A DNA stretch of 64,000 nt from Bacilli bacterium (GTDB lineage: Bacteria > Bacillota_I > Bacilli_A > RFN20 > UBA1709). Below the pieces are notes generated by a model that saw only the letters and a program-made list of their open reading frames with translations, did not search any database and was not told the DNA's origin. Below, one piece after another: positions 48,001 to 59,004 of the stretch (its first letter is position 1; each line of letters begins with the position of its first letter). A program made the translations under genes and the position numbers. The stretch covers positions 480,001 to 544,000 of the forward strand of contig JBMNFL010000001.1 of the NCBI GenBank assembly GCA_050949315.1, read 5' to 3'.

Positions 48001-50037
48001 TTATTTCAATAACAGATCATCAACAACAGCTTCTATATCTAAAGTTTGGCTGTCAATCTTTGTTACAGCCCTTCTTATTATATCGTAAAGGACCACCGTT
48101 CCCCAAGAATCAATTTTACAATACTGCCGCAAAGAAGCTAAAAGTTTATCATGCAAAGTTAAATCGCCATGGCGATGGACAAGCCTTAACAAGGTCTTAT
48201 AAACATCCAAGGCCTCTTCTCCATTTTGAATGAGTTCTTTTTTATAATCCAAAGTTTCGCTAAGGTCATAGTTTAAACTTTGATACCAATTTTTAATTTG
48301 TTGATCATTAATTAAGGTCGGCTGCGTGACCTTTAAAGAGGTAAAACCATGGAAGTCCTTATGGTACCATAAACCATAGGAAAAGAACTTATATAAATCG
48401 ACTACTCGTTCGCTAAAAGTATCTAAAAACTCGCTATATTCTGGATATTGAGCACTCATTTCTTTTAAGCGTGATTTCTCAAAAACCTCATTATAAACAA
48501 CTACTTGAAAACGCTTATCTTGCCACCTAATACCCGCTTCTTTTAATTGTTCTAATAGGCTTTTGATTAATGCTAAAGAAGGATTATTAAAACCATCTTT
48601 TTTGGGGTTTCCAATGAATTCATAATGGCTTATGCCTCCACCTATTCCCTTTTGAAAATCATGCTTAGCAAGTTCATAATTTTCTTGAACGATGTGCATG
48701 GAATATTGACAACAAATCTGCTGCCAAGGTTTCATATCACGTACTAAAGGAACGGGGTAACTAAAACTTTCAAAATCAAAAAAGATTAAAGGGAATTGTT
48801 GATAGTCTTGCTCCAACAAGCTTTTTAGGGCCTTTATTTCTAAATGGTGGTCTTTAGAGAATTCACCACGTGCATAATCTATTTGCAAGCGGGCGACACT
48901 TCTTTTGTAGGGGGTCTTTGCTTTAACTTTGGGGTATTTATCTTCCAAAAGACCAAATGGTATATCCTTGATCTTTTCAATACCCTCAACATCGATTAAT
49001 TGTTTTAACGAACCCCAATATCCACCAACTGCCCCGTTACAGGTAAGCAAGAAAACGTCTTCCTTGCCTAAAGAAGGAAAGCAAGCCTTAATCAAGGGAC
49101 ATAAACCCTTTCTACGGCAGCGATAAAGGCAGTGAGCCTGGGGAATATCGCTGCGTTTCATTAGAGATTGGAGATGATTAATATAAACTTCAACATCCTT
49201 ATTTTCCGCTGTTACATAAGAGACCTTATCGTAATAATCTTTTAAACTACAAGGACCCCCATCGACCATAATCGTATCAGTAATAGTAAAGAAGTTTTCT
49301 AAGTCGCTATCTTCTAAAGGATAGGCCTCTTCTTTAAGTTTAAAATCCTTGTTTAAATGCACAAAACCCAAAGATTTCAAAGGCAATTTGGCCCTTCGAT
49401 AAACGGCATATTGAAAGGCCAAGTCATAGAGATAATTTTGTCTTATAATTCTGTTTGTATCAGTAGTCATTACCCTGTTAGAACCCTTTACTTCATAGAG
49501 ATTGAAGCTTTCCTTATCCCGAACCAGCACGTCAAAACGGGCACGTAAACCCTCAATACTTATCTGCCCTTCAAAAATAACATCAACTGTTGGATCATTT
49601 AAATATTTTTGGGTGTTGGCCTCTATTTTAGCCTGATTTTCAAGTTCGGGACTATCTAAAGCGCCATCAAAGGTGTCCGCTCTTTTGGGATTTTTGGCCT
49701 TTAAGGCAAAATAACGTCTCGATAATTCTGAGACCTCTTGAAAATCCTCGTTTTCGGCAATAAACTGACCAACTATGTCATCAGTCAAACTTTCTTGATA
49801 GATTTTTAAAGCCTCTTTTAAAGCTTCAGGATATGTGCGAAAATAATCGAAGGGTAACAAGTTCTTCTCGCCTTCTTGTCCCCAATCATCATCCTGTGGC
49901 AAAAAATCTTCGACCTCACGTTTATTTTCAACCAAACTACGCCAAAAAGAAAGAAGGCGTTTTTCTTCTAATTGCAAATAAGCCAGGCGATCGCACTTAC
50001 GGTGTGCATAATCCTTTACAACTTCTTTTATCAGCAT
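48001..50037 (-). CDS. DUF2779-domain protein (PD-(D/E)XK-like nuclease plus RNase H-like domain)
   Basis: RFDVL..YEVK..DLAFQ; FFDFES, PWQQICCQYSMH, YN..FE, SLK, YCKID. Confidence 0.82.
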   Translation of the reverse strand: MLIKEVVKDYAHRKCDRLAYLQLEEKRLLSFWRSLVENKREVEDFLPQDDDWGQEGEKNLLPFDYFRTYPEALKEALKIYQESLTDDIVGQFIAENEDFQEVSELSRRYFALKAKNPKRADTFDGALDSPELENQAKIEANTQKYLNDPTVDVIFEGQISIEGLRARFDVLVRDKESFNLYEVKGSNRVMTTDTNRIIRQNYLYDLAFQYAVYRRAKLPLKSLGFVHLNKDFKLKEEAYPLEDSDLENFFTITDTIMVDGGPCSLKDYYDKVSYVTAENKDVEVYINHLQSLMKRSDIPQAHCLYRCRRKGLCPLIKACFPSLGKEDVFLLTCNGAVGGYWGSLKQLIDVEGIEKIKDIPFGLLEDKYPKVKAKTPYKRSVARLQIDYARGEFSKDHHLEIKALKSLLEQDYQQFPLIFFDFESFSYPVPLVRDMKPWQQICCQYSMHIVQENYELAKHDFQKGIGGGISHYEFIGNPKKDGFNNPSLALIKSLLEQLKEAGIRWQDKRFQVVVYNEVFEKSRLKEMSAQYPEYSEFLDTFSERVVDLYKFFSYGLWYHKDFHGFTSLKVTQPTLINDQQIKNWYQSLNYDLSETLDYKKELIQNGEEALDVYKTLLRLVHRHGDLTLHDKLLASLRQYCKIDSWGTVVLYDIIRRAVTKIDSQTLDIEAVVDDLLLK

Positions 50038-50079
50038 TAAAAGCCCTCCTCTTTTTACAAAAAAAGACCCCAAAGAGGT

Positions 50080-50553
50080 CTAAAATAATTTAATAATATA
50101 AGAAATAATCACAACTAAAACCAAAATCACAAAGGTAATAAATCCCATCATTTTGATGTTAAAGGTTCTTTTTCTTTTGACCATCTGTTTATCGTAATTT
50201 GACTCAAAAGGTAAACGTGCTAACTTAAAAACTCGCTCCAAAAGAAATACACACATTAAATCCTTGGCTGTTCTTTCTGAGTCATAGTTGTCCATGCCCT
50301 CTTCATCGCGGAACAAGCGTTGGATTTTTTTTATACTAATATAAACATAGTTTTCGCCTTCTTGAGTAAGCTGTACTCCATAACGGTAGATAGTGGTTTT
50401 CTCACGATCAGCGGCAACTTCTGCTTTTTTTACTTTGGCAAGACCAGGAACATATTTTTTACTATCGCCACCAAAAGTTATGGCCATTTCTGTGACTATT
50501 TGTTCAAAAAAAGATGGATATTTTTCTAATAAGTCTTCTCGCATAAACATCAA
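50080..50553 (-). CDS. Hypothetical protein with C-terminal TM anchor
   Basis: Intact ORF with RBS gggag, hydrophobic C-terminus. Confidence 0.7.
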   Translation of the reverse strand: MMFMREDLLEKYPSFFEQIVTEMAITFGGDSKKYVPGLAKVKKAEVAADREKTTIYRYGVQLTQEGENYVYISIKKIQRLFRDEEGMDNYDSERTAKDLMCVFLLERVFKLARLPFESNYDKQMVKRKRTFNIKMMGFITFVILVLVVIISYIIKLF

Positions 50554-50602
50554 CTCCCGCCGCTAATTTTAACATATTTAAATAGCTAAAAAAAGTAAAT
50601 AC

Positions 50603-50631
50603 TTGTATTTTTAAAATCCAGTCGCTATAAT
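50603..50631 (+). promoter_or_regulatory. Sigma-A promoter TTGTAT-17-TATAAT
   Basis: -35 at 50603, -10 at 50626, RBS gaggtgg at 50641. Confidence 0.75.
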
Positions 50632-50651
50632 GCAACTGATGAGGTGGTAAA

Positions 50652-50855
50652 ATGGCTAAAACCAACAAAAAGCCCAATATCGATCAAGACGATTCTAAAC
50701 AGCCTAGAAAAATGCGGCCTATAGACATAATACTTTTTGTCATTGTTGTCTTATTAGTTCTTTTATTCCTCTTTATGGATACCTTTGGTGAAAAAGAACC
50801 CAACGCATTTATCCCTTTTATTACCAACGGTTTTCGTGGATTACTTCTTGGCTAG
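50652..50855 (+). CDS. Small single-TM protein (67 aa)
   Basis: Near-consensus promoter and RBS; basic N-terminus then one TM helix. Confidence 0.7.
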   Translation: MAKTNKKPNIDQDDSKQPRKMRPIDIILFVIVVLLVLLFLFMDTFGEKEPNAFIPFITNGFRGLLLG

Positions 50856-51429
50856 CTAAACGAGGACGCCTCCCGCCTTCACTAGCAGGATAACCTACTG
50901 GTGTCACCCCAACAACTTCAACTCCCTGCGGAATAGCGAGGAGTTTTTTTAGTTCCTTGTCACGCCACATCGGCGTACCAAGCCAGCAAGTTCCTAAACC
51001 CTTTTCCGCACATAAAAGCATGAAAATAGTGATCGCGGCCGCCACCGATTGATCAGCCCAGAACAAACGATACTTGTCATACTCTTGCTCCATAGTTTTG
51101 TTGCGATTATCATTACGACAAAAAACGACAAAAGCCGGAACATTGGCCATACCCTTGTACATCTTAAGCATATTCTCTAAAACTTGACCATCATGGTGTT
51201 CAACACGGGCCTTAGACCAATATTCGTGGTGAGCACTGACTACTAAATCTGCGACTTCCTTACGTAATTTTTCATCACTCACCACAATAAAGTCCCAGGG
51301 CTGAGAATTACTACCACTTGGTGCCCTGAAGGCTAAATTAATCATTTCCTTCAATTCTTCTAGATCAATAGGATCCGCCTTATAACGGCGCACACTACAT
51401 CTTTTTAAAATCGCCTCTTTTAGTTCCAT
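50821..51429 (-). CDS. Nitroreductase-family protein
   Basis: RCSVRRY, APSGSNSQPWDF, GLGTCW, VGYP. Confidence 0.93.
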   Translation of the reverse strand: MELKEAILKRCSVRRYKADPIDLEELKEMINLAFRAPSGSNSQPWDFIVVSDEKLRKEVADLVVSAHHEYWSKARVEHHDGQVLENMLKMYKGMANVPAFVVFCRNDNRNKTMEQEYDKYRLFWADQSVAAAITIFMLLCAEKGLGTCWLGTPMWRDKELKKLLAIPQGVEVVGVTPVGYPASEGGRRPRLASQEVIHENRW

Positions 51430-51431
51430 CA

Positions 51432-52859
51432 TTAGACCTCCTCACTAATAATTTCGACTGTATTTCTCGCCTCTTTACGATAAAAGAAGAGCGAGGGTAA
51501 ACTAGTAATCGCTAGTAAAATAAGGAAAACCCCAAAGGCCTTTAGACTCTCCGCACTACCATCAAAGATCAATTGATATAGGCCGCTACCACAAAGAGTA
51601 AAGAAGAGCGATCCTAGTATTGCTAAGGTGGGCAAAACATAACGTTTAAAGGGATTTAATTCCTTAAAATTACGCATAATATAAACATACATCGTGATAT
51701 AAATCGCATAGATGATAGCGCAAATAATCTCATCCATGCTGCCTAAATATTTAAATAAACCAAAGCCATTTAAGGTCGCATACCAAACAAGTAATAACAA
51801 ACACATCATAAAATAACCAAATAAAGAAGATAAAAATGAAGTTTGACACTTGGGATTTAACTTAGCAAATTGCTTAGGAGCAGGACCTAAGCCACGACAA
51901 GACATGGTATACATTCCGCGACAACAAGAAATGGCCACGCCATTAACCGTTCCTAAACACGAAACAATAATAAAAGCGATAAAGATCTTACTACCAAAGG
52001 AGCCCATAAACTTGGTAAAAGCCTCTAATGGTGCATTGGCACCTGCCATAATGGTGGCGCTGTTTCCAAGAAGAGCCGATAAGGATAAATAATAAAGCAA
52101 GTAGAAAATCAAAATGGCAATTGTCCCCCCAACCAAAGCCCGGGGTAGATTTTTCTTGGAGTCTTTTAGTTCGGCATTGATAGCTGTCGCACAAACCCAA
52201 CCTTCATAGGCGAAAGAGGTTTTCTTAACCGCCTCCCCAAACTGCAAGGGATAGGCTGAGCCATCCGCTCTTGTTCCTAATACTGTAAAAGCGTTAGTGA
52301 TGCCAACATCACTTTCTAGAATAAAAGAAGCTAAAAGCCCGATAAAGGCTATAACTAAAATAGGGACCAATTTAATAATGGTGGCCGAAACCTGAAAACG
52401 CGAAGAAAGCCGCGGAGCTAGATAATTTAAAATGGCAAAAAAAGTGATGAGAACAAAAGCAACAATCAAGTTTTGGTAGGAGGCTATACCATAATTTAAA
52501 CCAAGTAAAGAAAATAAATAAGACCCTGCTATCAAAGCGACAATAGAAGCAACAATGGGATAATAAAGTGTTGTCATCACCCAGGCCAAATGATAACCAA
52601 CCCTTTTATTAGAAACACTTTCTACATAATCAACGACACCATTAAATTTACTGACTTTGGTGGCAAAGATGGCAAAGCAAAAAGCTGAGACAATCATGAC
52701 TGCCCCACCGACAAACCAGGCCAGCAAAGAGAATTTCAAATCGCCACCGGCAGTTTCTAAGACGCCTCCTGCTTTGACAAAGACGCCAGAACCAACGACA
52801 ATACCGACAACCATTGCTATACCGGTCCAAAGACCATACTTCTTTTTCAGTTTTTCCAT
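51432..52859 (-). CDS. APC-family amino acid permease
   Basis: GIVVGSGVF, FAYEGW, ELKDSKKNLPRA, ~12 TM. Confidence 0.92.
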   Translation of the reverse strand: MEKLKKKYGLWTGIAMVVGIVVGSGVFVKAGGVLETAGGDLKFSLLAWFVGGAVMIVSAFCFAIFATKVSKFNGVVDYVESVSNKRVGYHLAWVMTTLYYPIVASIVALIAGSYLFSLLGLNYGIASYQNLIVAFVLITFFAILNYLAPRLSSRFQVSATIIKLVPILVIAFIGLLASFILESDVGITNAFTVLGTRADGSAYPLQFGEAVKKTSFAYEGWVCATAINAELKDSKKNLPRALVGGTIAILIFYLLYYLSLSALLGNSATIMAGANAPLEAFTKFMGSFGSKIFIAFIIVSCLGTVNGVAISCCRGMYTMSCRGLGPAPKQFAKLNPKCQTSFLSSLFGYFMMCLLLLVWYATLNGFGLFKYLGSMDEIICAIIYAIYITMYVYIMRNFKELNPFKRYVLPTLAILGSLFFTLCGSGLYQLIFDGSAESLKAFGVFLILLAITSLPSLFFYRKEARNTVEIISEEV

Positions 52860-52941
52860 TCCATAACCCCTATAAGAGAGATTTTACCCTATTTTTAATA
52901 TTTATTAAACCCCAACTTCTTGTATGTGTTAATTTTTATAA

Positions 52942-53835
52942 TCACTCAGCCAATATTTTCAAATACCAATCTAATCTTGCATTAACATAAGTTGCAAATA
53001 AAGTCTCCATCGCTGATAGATTTTGTTTACTCTGATATTCATCAAAGGCCTTGTAATAGGCTGTTCTATCCGTAAATTTAATGTCTATGGGCGGAAAACC
53101 TGCTTTCATTAATTCCAAATTTATCAACAATCTTCCGGTTCTTCCATTACCATCAATAAAGGGATGAATTCTTTCAAACTCAAGATGAAAACGGGCTAAT
53201 TTTGTTATGATATGCTCTTTACTTGCCAAAAAACTTTCTAATAACTGTTGCATTTTATTCTCTATCAAATAAGGCTGAGCGGGTTTATATTGGGCCCCAA
53301 AAATATAAACTGGAACTCGACGGTAAACACCACGATCCTCTTTTTTATCGGCAAGAACAAAATAATGAATTTGTTTAATAATGCTCTCACTCATTGAAAC
53401 ATTATCTTTCACAAGCGTAAGCACAAAATCAAAGGCCTCTTTGTGACCGACTGCCTCTAGATGATCTTTTAGAGGTTTACGAGCAATAGTCAATCCCTTT
53501 AAAACTAAATCAGTTTCCTTTAAAGTTAAAGTGTTACCTTCAATCGCATTTGAATTGTAGGTATACTCAATAATAAACTCTTCGCTTAACCTTTGCACTT
53601 CTCCTTCGGTTAATGGTCTCTTCTTATCAAGTTCGGCTTTTTTACGATCAATTTGTGATAAAAGACTTGCTTTTGACTTATAACGACCATCAGCGGGTTT
53701 TACGGCATCGCTAGGTATTTTCCAAGCTCGCCCTTCTTGATAGGCCCCTAAAATCTTGCCTTCAGAACAAAGGACTCTTATTCGTCTATCAGAAATCCTC
53801 CATTTTTCAGCAGCTTGTTTTACTGTCATAAACAT
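52942..53835 (-). CDS. Fic-domain protein with N-terminal HTH
   Basis: MTVKQAAEKW.ISDRRIR HTH; SNAIEGN inhibitory motif; catalytic HPFIDGNGRTGR. Confidence 0.93.
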   Translation of the reverse strand: MFMTVKQAAEKWRISDRRIRVLCSEGKILGAYQEGRAWKIPSDAVKPADGRYKSKASLLSQIDRKKAELDKKRPLTEGEVQRLSEEFIIEYTYNSNAIEGNTLTLKETDLVLKGLTIARKPLKDHLEAVGHKEAFDFVLTLVKDNVSMSESIIKQIHYFVLADKKEDRGVYRRVPVYIFGAQYKPAQPYLIENKMQQLLESFLASKEHIITKLARFHLEFERIHPFIDGNGRTGRLLINLELMKAGFPPIDIKFTDRTAYYKAFDEYQSKQNLSAMETLFATYVNARLDWYLKILAE

Positions 53836-53860
53836 AACAAAGCCCTCCAATTTTTTATCT

Positions 53861-53927
53861 ATTATAACTATTTATCGGAATAATAGCAAGAGTATCGGAA
53901 TAATATTTTCGCATTTAGCGGAACAAT
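53861..53927 (-). promoter_or_regulatory. fic promoter (TTGCTA-17-TATAAT) overlaid by direct repeats TATCGGAATAATA
   Basis: Exact 13-mers at 53873 and 53893, degenerate copy at 53916. Confidence 0.75.
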
Positions 53928-53951
53928 GATAACAAGATAGCTAATATCTAG

Positions 53952-53981
53952 AAAGAAAAGTCCGACATCGTTATCGGACTT
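53952..53981 (-). terminator. Terminator of the pst/pho operon
   Basis: AAGTCCGA/TCGGACTT hairpin with T-run on the minus strand. Confidence 0.75.
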
Positions 53982-54019
53982 AGTATTTGAGATGTATAGA
54001 TTTAATATAATCTCAATAC

Positions 54020-55690
54020 CTATTTAGAGGTTTTAGTTTTGACAAAATCAATGGTAAATTCACTGCCCTCATTTATTTTAGATTTTACTGAAATATTAAA
54101 GTCATGTCTTTCACATATATGCTTAACAATAGCTAGTCCTAAGCCTGTTCCACCCAAGGCCTTGCTCTTGGCCTTATCAACCCGATAAAATCTTTCAAAG
54201 ATATGCTTTCTATCTTCTTCAGACATGCCTACCCCAGTATCTTTTATGACAAAGGAATTCTTTGTTAATTTGATATCTATTTGTCCATTCAACTTATTAT
54301 ATTTAATGGCATTATCAATTAGATTTCTAATAAGTTCATCGGCATATTTTTTATCAATATTTATATAATTATCTTCTAAATCTAAATTTACTTTAATGGT
54401 TTTTTCTTCAAGTTTGTTTTTATAAATTTCTAACAACTCTAACACTATTGATTTAATATTTAATAATTCAAAATTAACTGGTTCTTTATGTTCAATTTTT
54501 GATAGACTTAACATATCGATTACAATATCGTTCATCCTATTGGCTTCTTTAATACTCTTTTTAGAACACTCAATTATTTCCTCAGGCTCCTGAACAATGC
54601 CCTCAGTTATCATTTGCTGGTAACCAATAATACTAGTCAAGGGTGACTTTAACTCATGAGAGGCATTAGCAAAGAAGTCTTTTTTAGTTTGTTCTAACAT
54701 TATCTGTTCTGTTATATCATCGAAGATGATTATAACCCCATTCTTTAACCAAGTTTTATTGGTGAATTCAATGTTTACTAAATAGACTTGATCATTAATT
54801 TTAATCTGTATTTTATTATCTTCATTTTTACTTAAACAATCATCAATGACATTTTGTAACTTCTTATCTCTTATCGCATACAGATAGTTTTTATTTATCG
54901 TCCCTTTTTCGGTAAGTTTCATTATCCTGATGAAATCGTTATTAAATAGTTGAATTCTCTTATTACTATCAACAACTAATATCGGCTTATTAATCGTGTT
55001 GATAACATCTAAAAGTTTAGATTTCTCATTGGATATTTTCATAATTTTCTCATCTATATTGTCTTTTATAAGTTCAATAATCGCGGGTAGGGCATCAACA
55101 TCAACGCTACCTATCCCCGTTTCCCTATCGGCAATTTTCACTAGCTCGGTAAGTTTTTGATTGACGGGTATTAAATATTTTTTAGTCGTTAAGGAAATCA
55201 AATAAGTTGATAAGGCAACTAAAACCAGCAAGATAATAATACCCGCGGTAATATAGGTATCAATTAACTTATTAATTTCATTAGTAGGAAAGGAGATCCT
55301 AACATAATTGCCATCATCAAAAGCGGCTATATATAACATCTCGCGCTTTAAGCTACTAGAATACCTTATGCATATTTTACCTAAGTTTAAGATTTCTTCT
55401 CTAGTTAGATGTGATTCTTCAATATTGTCCAAAGATGAATCTAAGATTACTTTACCCTCAGTATCGATGATTGTTAAGCGAATATTTTCATCAACTGTTG
55501 TTATTCTTTCTAAGAGTTCTTCTTCATTAGAGCCATCATAAATTGAAGTCGCTAAATTTAAATAGTTCGTAGCTCGATAGTTCACATCATCACTATTTAA
55601 TTTATTTATAATAATGGCTGAAAGAATTAATAGTACACTCAAAGAGATGGAAACTATTAAGATGTTAATTAAAATTAATTTCTTTTTCAT
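54020..55690 (-). CDS. phoR: Phosphate regulon sensor histidine kinase
   Basis: 2 TM, PAS-like region, ASHELKSPL, NLIDNAIKY, DTGVG, GGTGLGL; operon context. Confidence 0.92.
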   Translation of the reverse strand: MKKKLILINILIVSISLSVLLILSAIIINKLNSDDVNYRATNYLNLATSIYDGSNEEELLERITTVDENIRLTIIDTEGKVILDSSLDNIEESHLTREEILNLGKICIRYSSSLKREMLYIAAFDDGNYVRISFPTNEINKLIDTYITAGIIILLVLVALSTYLISLTTKKYLIPVNQKLTELVKIADRETGIGSVDVDALPAIIELIKDNIDEKIMKISNEKSKLLDVINTINKPILVVDSNKRIQLFNNDFIRIMKLTEKGTINKNYLYAIRDKKLQNVIDDCLSKNEDNKIQIKINDQVYLVNIEFTNKTWLKNGVIIIFDDITEQIMLEQTKKDFFANASHELKSPLTSIIGYQQMITEGIVQEPEEIIECSKKSIKEANRMNDIVIDMLSLSKIEHKEPVNFELLNIKSIVLELLEIYKNKLEEKTIKVNLDLEDNYINIDKKYADELIRNLIDNAIKYNKLNGQIDIKLTKNSFVIKDTGVGMSEEDRKHIFERFYRVDKAKSKALGGTGLGLAIVKHICERHDFNISVKSKINEGSEFTIDFVKTKTSK

Positions 55691-56355
55691 TTCTGTATTT
55701 TATATCCTAGTCCGTAGACGGTTTTAATCATTTTGTGCTTGTCACCAAATTTACTTCTTATTGACTTGATATGCATATCAAGGGTGCGGCTTTCAACTAT
55801 TTGATCACTTTCCCAAATAGTTTGGAATAATTCTTCACGCGTCGCCACATCCCCATCTTTTTCCAAAAGCAAGGTCAAGATATCAAACTCTTTATTGGTC
55901 AATTCTACATCTTTGTTATCAACTAGACAGGTTCTAGAATTAACATCAAGGATAACCCCATTGACATCAAAGACTTTTTTCCTTTTAAAGCGCCTAGTTT
56001 TAGCCGCCACTCTACTCATCAATTCTAATAGATCAAAGGGCTTTTCAATATAGTCATCCGCCCCCAAATCAAAACCATCCACTTTATCCATAATCATATG
56101 ATTGGCGGAGATGATGATAATCTCAATATCATCATTAGAACTATCACTTCTTATTTTTTTAAGAATCTCTTGACCACTCATATCTGGTAACATCATATCT
56201 AATAAAATAATATGGGGTTTTTCCTCGTTAAAGGCTTTAAAAAAAGTTCGGGCATTATAATAGGTTTTAACAACATATCCCTGTTTTGATAAGGTTTTGT
56301 TAATAATTAACGCAATATCTTTATCATCTTCAATAGAATATATTAAAAAATCCAT
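55687..56355 (-). CDS. phoP: OmpR-family response regulator (PhoP/PhoB)
   Basis: EDD, LLDMMLP, GADDYIEKPF, RTLDMHI, TVYGLGY. Confidence 0.9.
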   Translation of the reverse strand: MDFLIYSIEDDKDIALIINKTLSKQGYVVKTYYNARTFFKAFNEEKPHIILLDMMLPDMSGQEILKKIRSDSSNDDIEIIIISANHMIMDKVDGFDLGADDYIEKPFDLLELMSRVAAKTRRFKRKKVFDVNGVILDVNSRTCLVDNKDVELTNKEFDILTLLLEKDGDVATREELFQTIWESDQIVESRTLDMHIKSIRSKFGDKHKMIKTVYGLGYKIQK

Positions 56356-56366
56356 ATTAACCCTCC

Positions 56367-56996
56367 TTAAAAGATTTTTTTGTCTTTATGGTAGCCCTTA
56401 ACAATATATATCACCCACTCCGCGATATTGACAGAATGATCGGCTATTCTCTCCAAATATTTTACCACTAATGTGTTATAAATGGCAAAAGAAATATCTT
56501 TCTCTTCTAAATTGATATACTCGTTGATTATCTTATCATATTCACTATCAACATAGTCATCTCTATTTATGACTTCTTGAGCAAGCACAAGATCCTTGTT
56601 GATATAGGCCCTTACGACATCCTCAAACATTTTTAAGACATAAACCGATAATTGATCAAGACTATGGATGGGTTTATCCGTATTCTTGGCTTTTAAGGCC
56701 AAAGAATGAATATCCTCGGCATGATCAGCGATTCTTTCAATATCCGCTATTAATTTTAAAACACCGGTGACTTCTTTTAAATCTCTGGCATAAGGTCTTT
56801 CTTTTAGTAAAATATGCAGGCAAAGGCTTTCAATTGCCCTTTCATATTGATCGACTAAATCATCATTGATATTTACCTCTTCAGCCTCAATTTTGCCAAA
56901 GTAAAAATCTATAGCCGCTTTTATGTTTTCTATAGTCGTATCGCACATCGTAAACAACATCTGATTTAGTTGTTCTAACAATCTCTGTAATTTCAT
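56367..56996 (-). CDS. phoU: Phosphate signalling protein PhoU
   Basis: PYARDLK, IERIADH and LERIADHSVNIAE. Confidence 0.95.
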   Translation of the reverse strand: MKLQRLLEQLNQMLFTMCDTTIENIKAAIDFYFGKIEAEEVNINDDLVDQYERAIESLCLHILLKERPYARDLKEVTGVLKLIADIERIADHAEDIHSLALKAKNTDKPIHSLDQLSVYVLKMFEDVVRAYINKDLVLAQEVINRDDYVDSEYDKIINEYINLEEKDISFAIYNTLVVKYLERIADHSVNIAEWVIYIVKGYHKDKKIF

Positions 56997-57008
56997 ATAA
57001 TTACTCTC

Positions 57009-57770
57009 CTATCCAAATCTACCGGTAATATAATCTTCGGTCTTTTCATTCTGTGGGTTAGCAAACAATTCACTAGTTTCTCCCATTTCTATTACCTCTC
57101 CTAGCAGGAAGAAGGCGGTATAATCGGAGATTCTTGCGGCTTGCTGCATGTTATGGGTAACGATAATTATCGTATAGTCTTGTTTTAATTCATCAATAAG
57201 CTCTTCAATTTTAGAAGTGGCGATGGGATCAAGCGCACTAGTTGGCTCATCCATCAGGATAACTTCCGGTTGGATGGCAATGGCTCTAGCAATACACAGC
57301 CTTTGTTGCTGACCACCTGATAAACCTAAGGCATTGTCCTTTAATCTATCCTTAACCTCATCATATAGGGAGGCTTTCTTAAGGGAAGTGGTAACAATTT
57401 CTTTTAAAGTGGCCTTATCCTTTATCCCATTACATCTTGGTCCATAAGCGACATTATCAAAAATTGACATAGGGAAGGGATTAGGACTTTGAAACACCAT
57501 GCCTACCTTGGTCCTTAACTCTACTGGATTCATCTCATTGATGTTGATATTTTTATAGAAGATATCGCCATCAATACGACAATTATCATACAGGTCATTC
57601 ATCCTATTTAAACATCTTAGCAGTGTTGATTTACCACAACCTGATGGTCCAATAAAAGCCGTAACCCTACTGTGTTTTATTTCCATATTTATATCTTTTA
57701 ATACATGATTGTCACCATAATGTAAATTTAGGTTCTTAATGATGAAATCATATTCTTGATTGTTTTCCAT
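57009..57770 (-). CDS. pstB: Phosphate ABC transporter ATPase
   Basis: [39 protein letters not shown]. Confidence 0.97.
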   Translation of the reverse strand: MENNQEYDFIIKNLNLHYGDNHVLKDINMEIKHSRVTAFIGPSGCGKSTLLRCLNRMNDLYDNCRIDGDIFYKNININEMNPVELRTKVGMVFQSPNPFPMSIFDNVAYGPRCNGIKDKATLKEIVTTSLKKASLYDEVKDRLKDNALGLSGGQQQRLCIARAIAIQPEVILMDEPTSALDPIATSKIEELIDELKQDYTIIIVTHNMQQAARISDYTAFFLLGEVIEMGETSELFANPQNEKTEDYITGRFG

Positions 57771-57771
57771 T

Positions 57772-59004
57772 TTAGCCTCCATTATTTTTCAATTGTCGCT
57801 TACTTATTAATTTTACAGACGTTGACATAACAAAAACCACTATTAATATTATAATCGAAATCGCCGCCGCTTGTCCAAAATTAGGACTCTCACCACTGGT
57901 TATATTCCAGATATGCAAAGATAGCGAGGTCGATTGACCAAATAAGCTTACCTCATCACTGATATTTGAACCCATAACAAAAAGTAAGGCGGCGGATTCA
58001 CCGATGATCCTACCAATCGATAATAAGGTGGCTTGTAAGATGCCTGGGAAAGCATTAGGTAGTATCACCTTAAATACTGTTTGGGTTTTAGAAGCTCCTA
58101 GTGACAAAGAGGCCATTTGATAGGACAGTGGTATAACAAGGAGGGATTCCGCTGTTGTCTTAGTTATAACTGGCAATAAGACAATGGACATCGTTAAGGC
58201 CCCAGCAAGAATAGTATAGCCACTAGAAGCTCCTAGCTTAGTAACAAAAGGAATAAAGATTATGGCGCCGACAAAGCCAAAGATAATGGATGGTACACCT
58301 GATGTCATATCAATCATGCTGACAATAGCCCTTTTAAATTTACTTTCTTTGGCATACAAGACAATGTATATGGCCGCTCCTATTCCAATGGGTAGAGCGA
58401 TTATCAAGGTGGTAATTATCAGAATAATAGTGGTAAGAAGCGAACCTCTTATCCCCCCGCCTTGGCTTTCAATTTGCAAGGAATCAATTTTTGTAAGGCG
58501 ATCTAAAGCCTCTATGTAATCTTCTAAATCATCACCATTTGAGGCCATAACAAAGACCCCAAATTCATCTTCACCCATCATTAAATTCAAACTGCTGCCA
58601 ACTTCAATATCTACAACACTATCTTTTAAGTCCGTATTATCGATACAGATTGAATTTTTAAAAGGTGAGTTTTCGTCAAGATATTCTATAACGATGATTC
58701 TTTCCCCTGAATTGTCTTTGCCATCTTCAATAGCAACACCGAAATTAGAGGAAAAATACTCATATTTATCATCGGGATTTTCAAATTTTCTATCACTTTC
58801 AATTCGCACGGTAGTTAACTCTATCTTATAGTCGGATACCAACATCTTAAACGATAAGTTTGGTAAACCGCCAATAAAAATAAAGGCCAAAATCGCCGCT
58901 AAAACAAGCACGCCAAAAAAGGCGGAAATATAAGTCAATACATTTCTGATTCTGTCTACTAATTTTCTTTTTTTCAAGAATTTCTCTCTATCTACATTCA
59001 TCAT
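57772..59004 (-). CDS. pstA: Phosphate ABC transporter permease PstA with ~130-aa extracytoplasmic insertion
   Basis: [31 protein letters not shown]. Confidence 0.93.
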   Translation of the reverse strand: MMNVDREKFLKKRKLVDRIRNVLTYISAFFGVLVLAAILAFIFIGGLPNLSFKMLVSDYKIELTTVRIESDRKFENPDDKYEYFSSNFGVAIEDGKDNSGERIIVIEYLDENSPFKNSICIDNTDLKDSVVDIEVGSSLNLMMGEDEFGVFVMASNGDDLEDYIEALDRLTKIDSLQIESQGGGIRGSLLTTIILIITTLIIALPIGIGAAIYIVLYAKESKFKRAIVSMIDMTSGVPSIIFGFVGAIIFIPFVTKLGASSGYTILAGALTMSIVLLPVITKTTAESLLVIPLSYQMASLSLGASKTQTVFKVILPNAFPGILQATLLSIGRIIGESAALLFVMGSNISDEVSLFGQSTSLSLHIWNITSGESPNFGQAAAISIIILIVVFVMSTSVKLISKRQLKNNGG

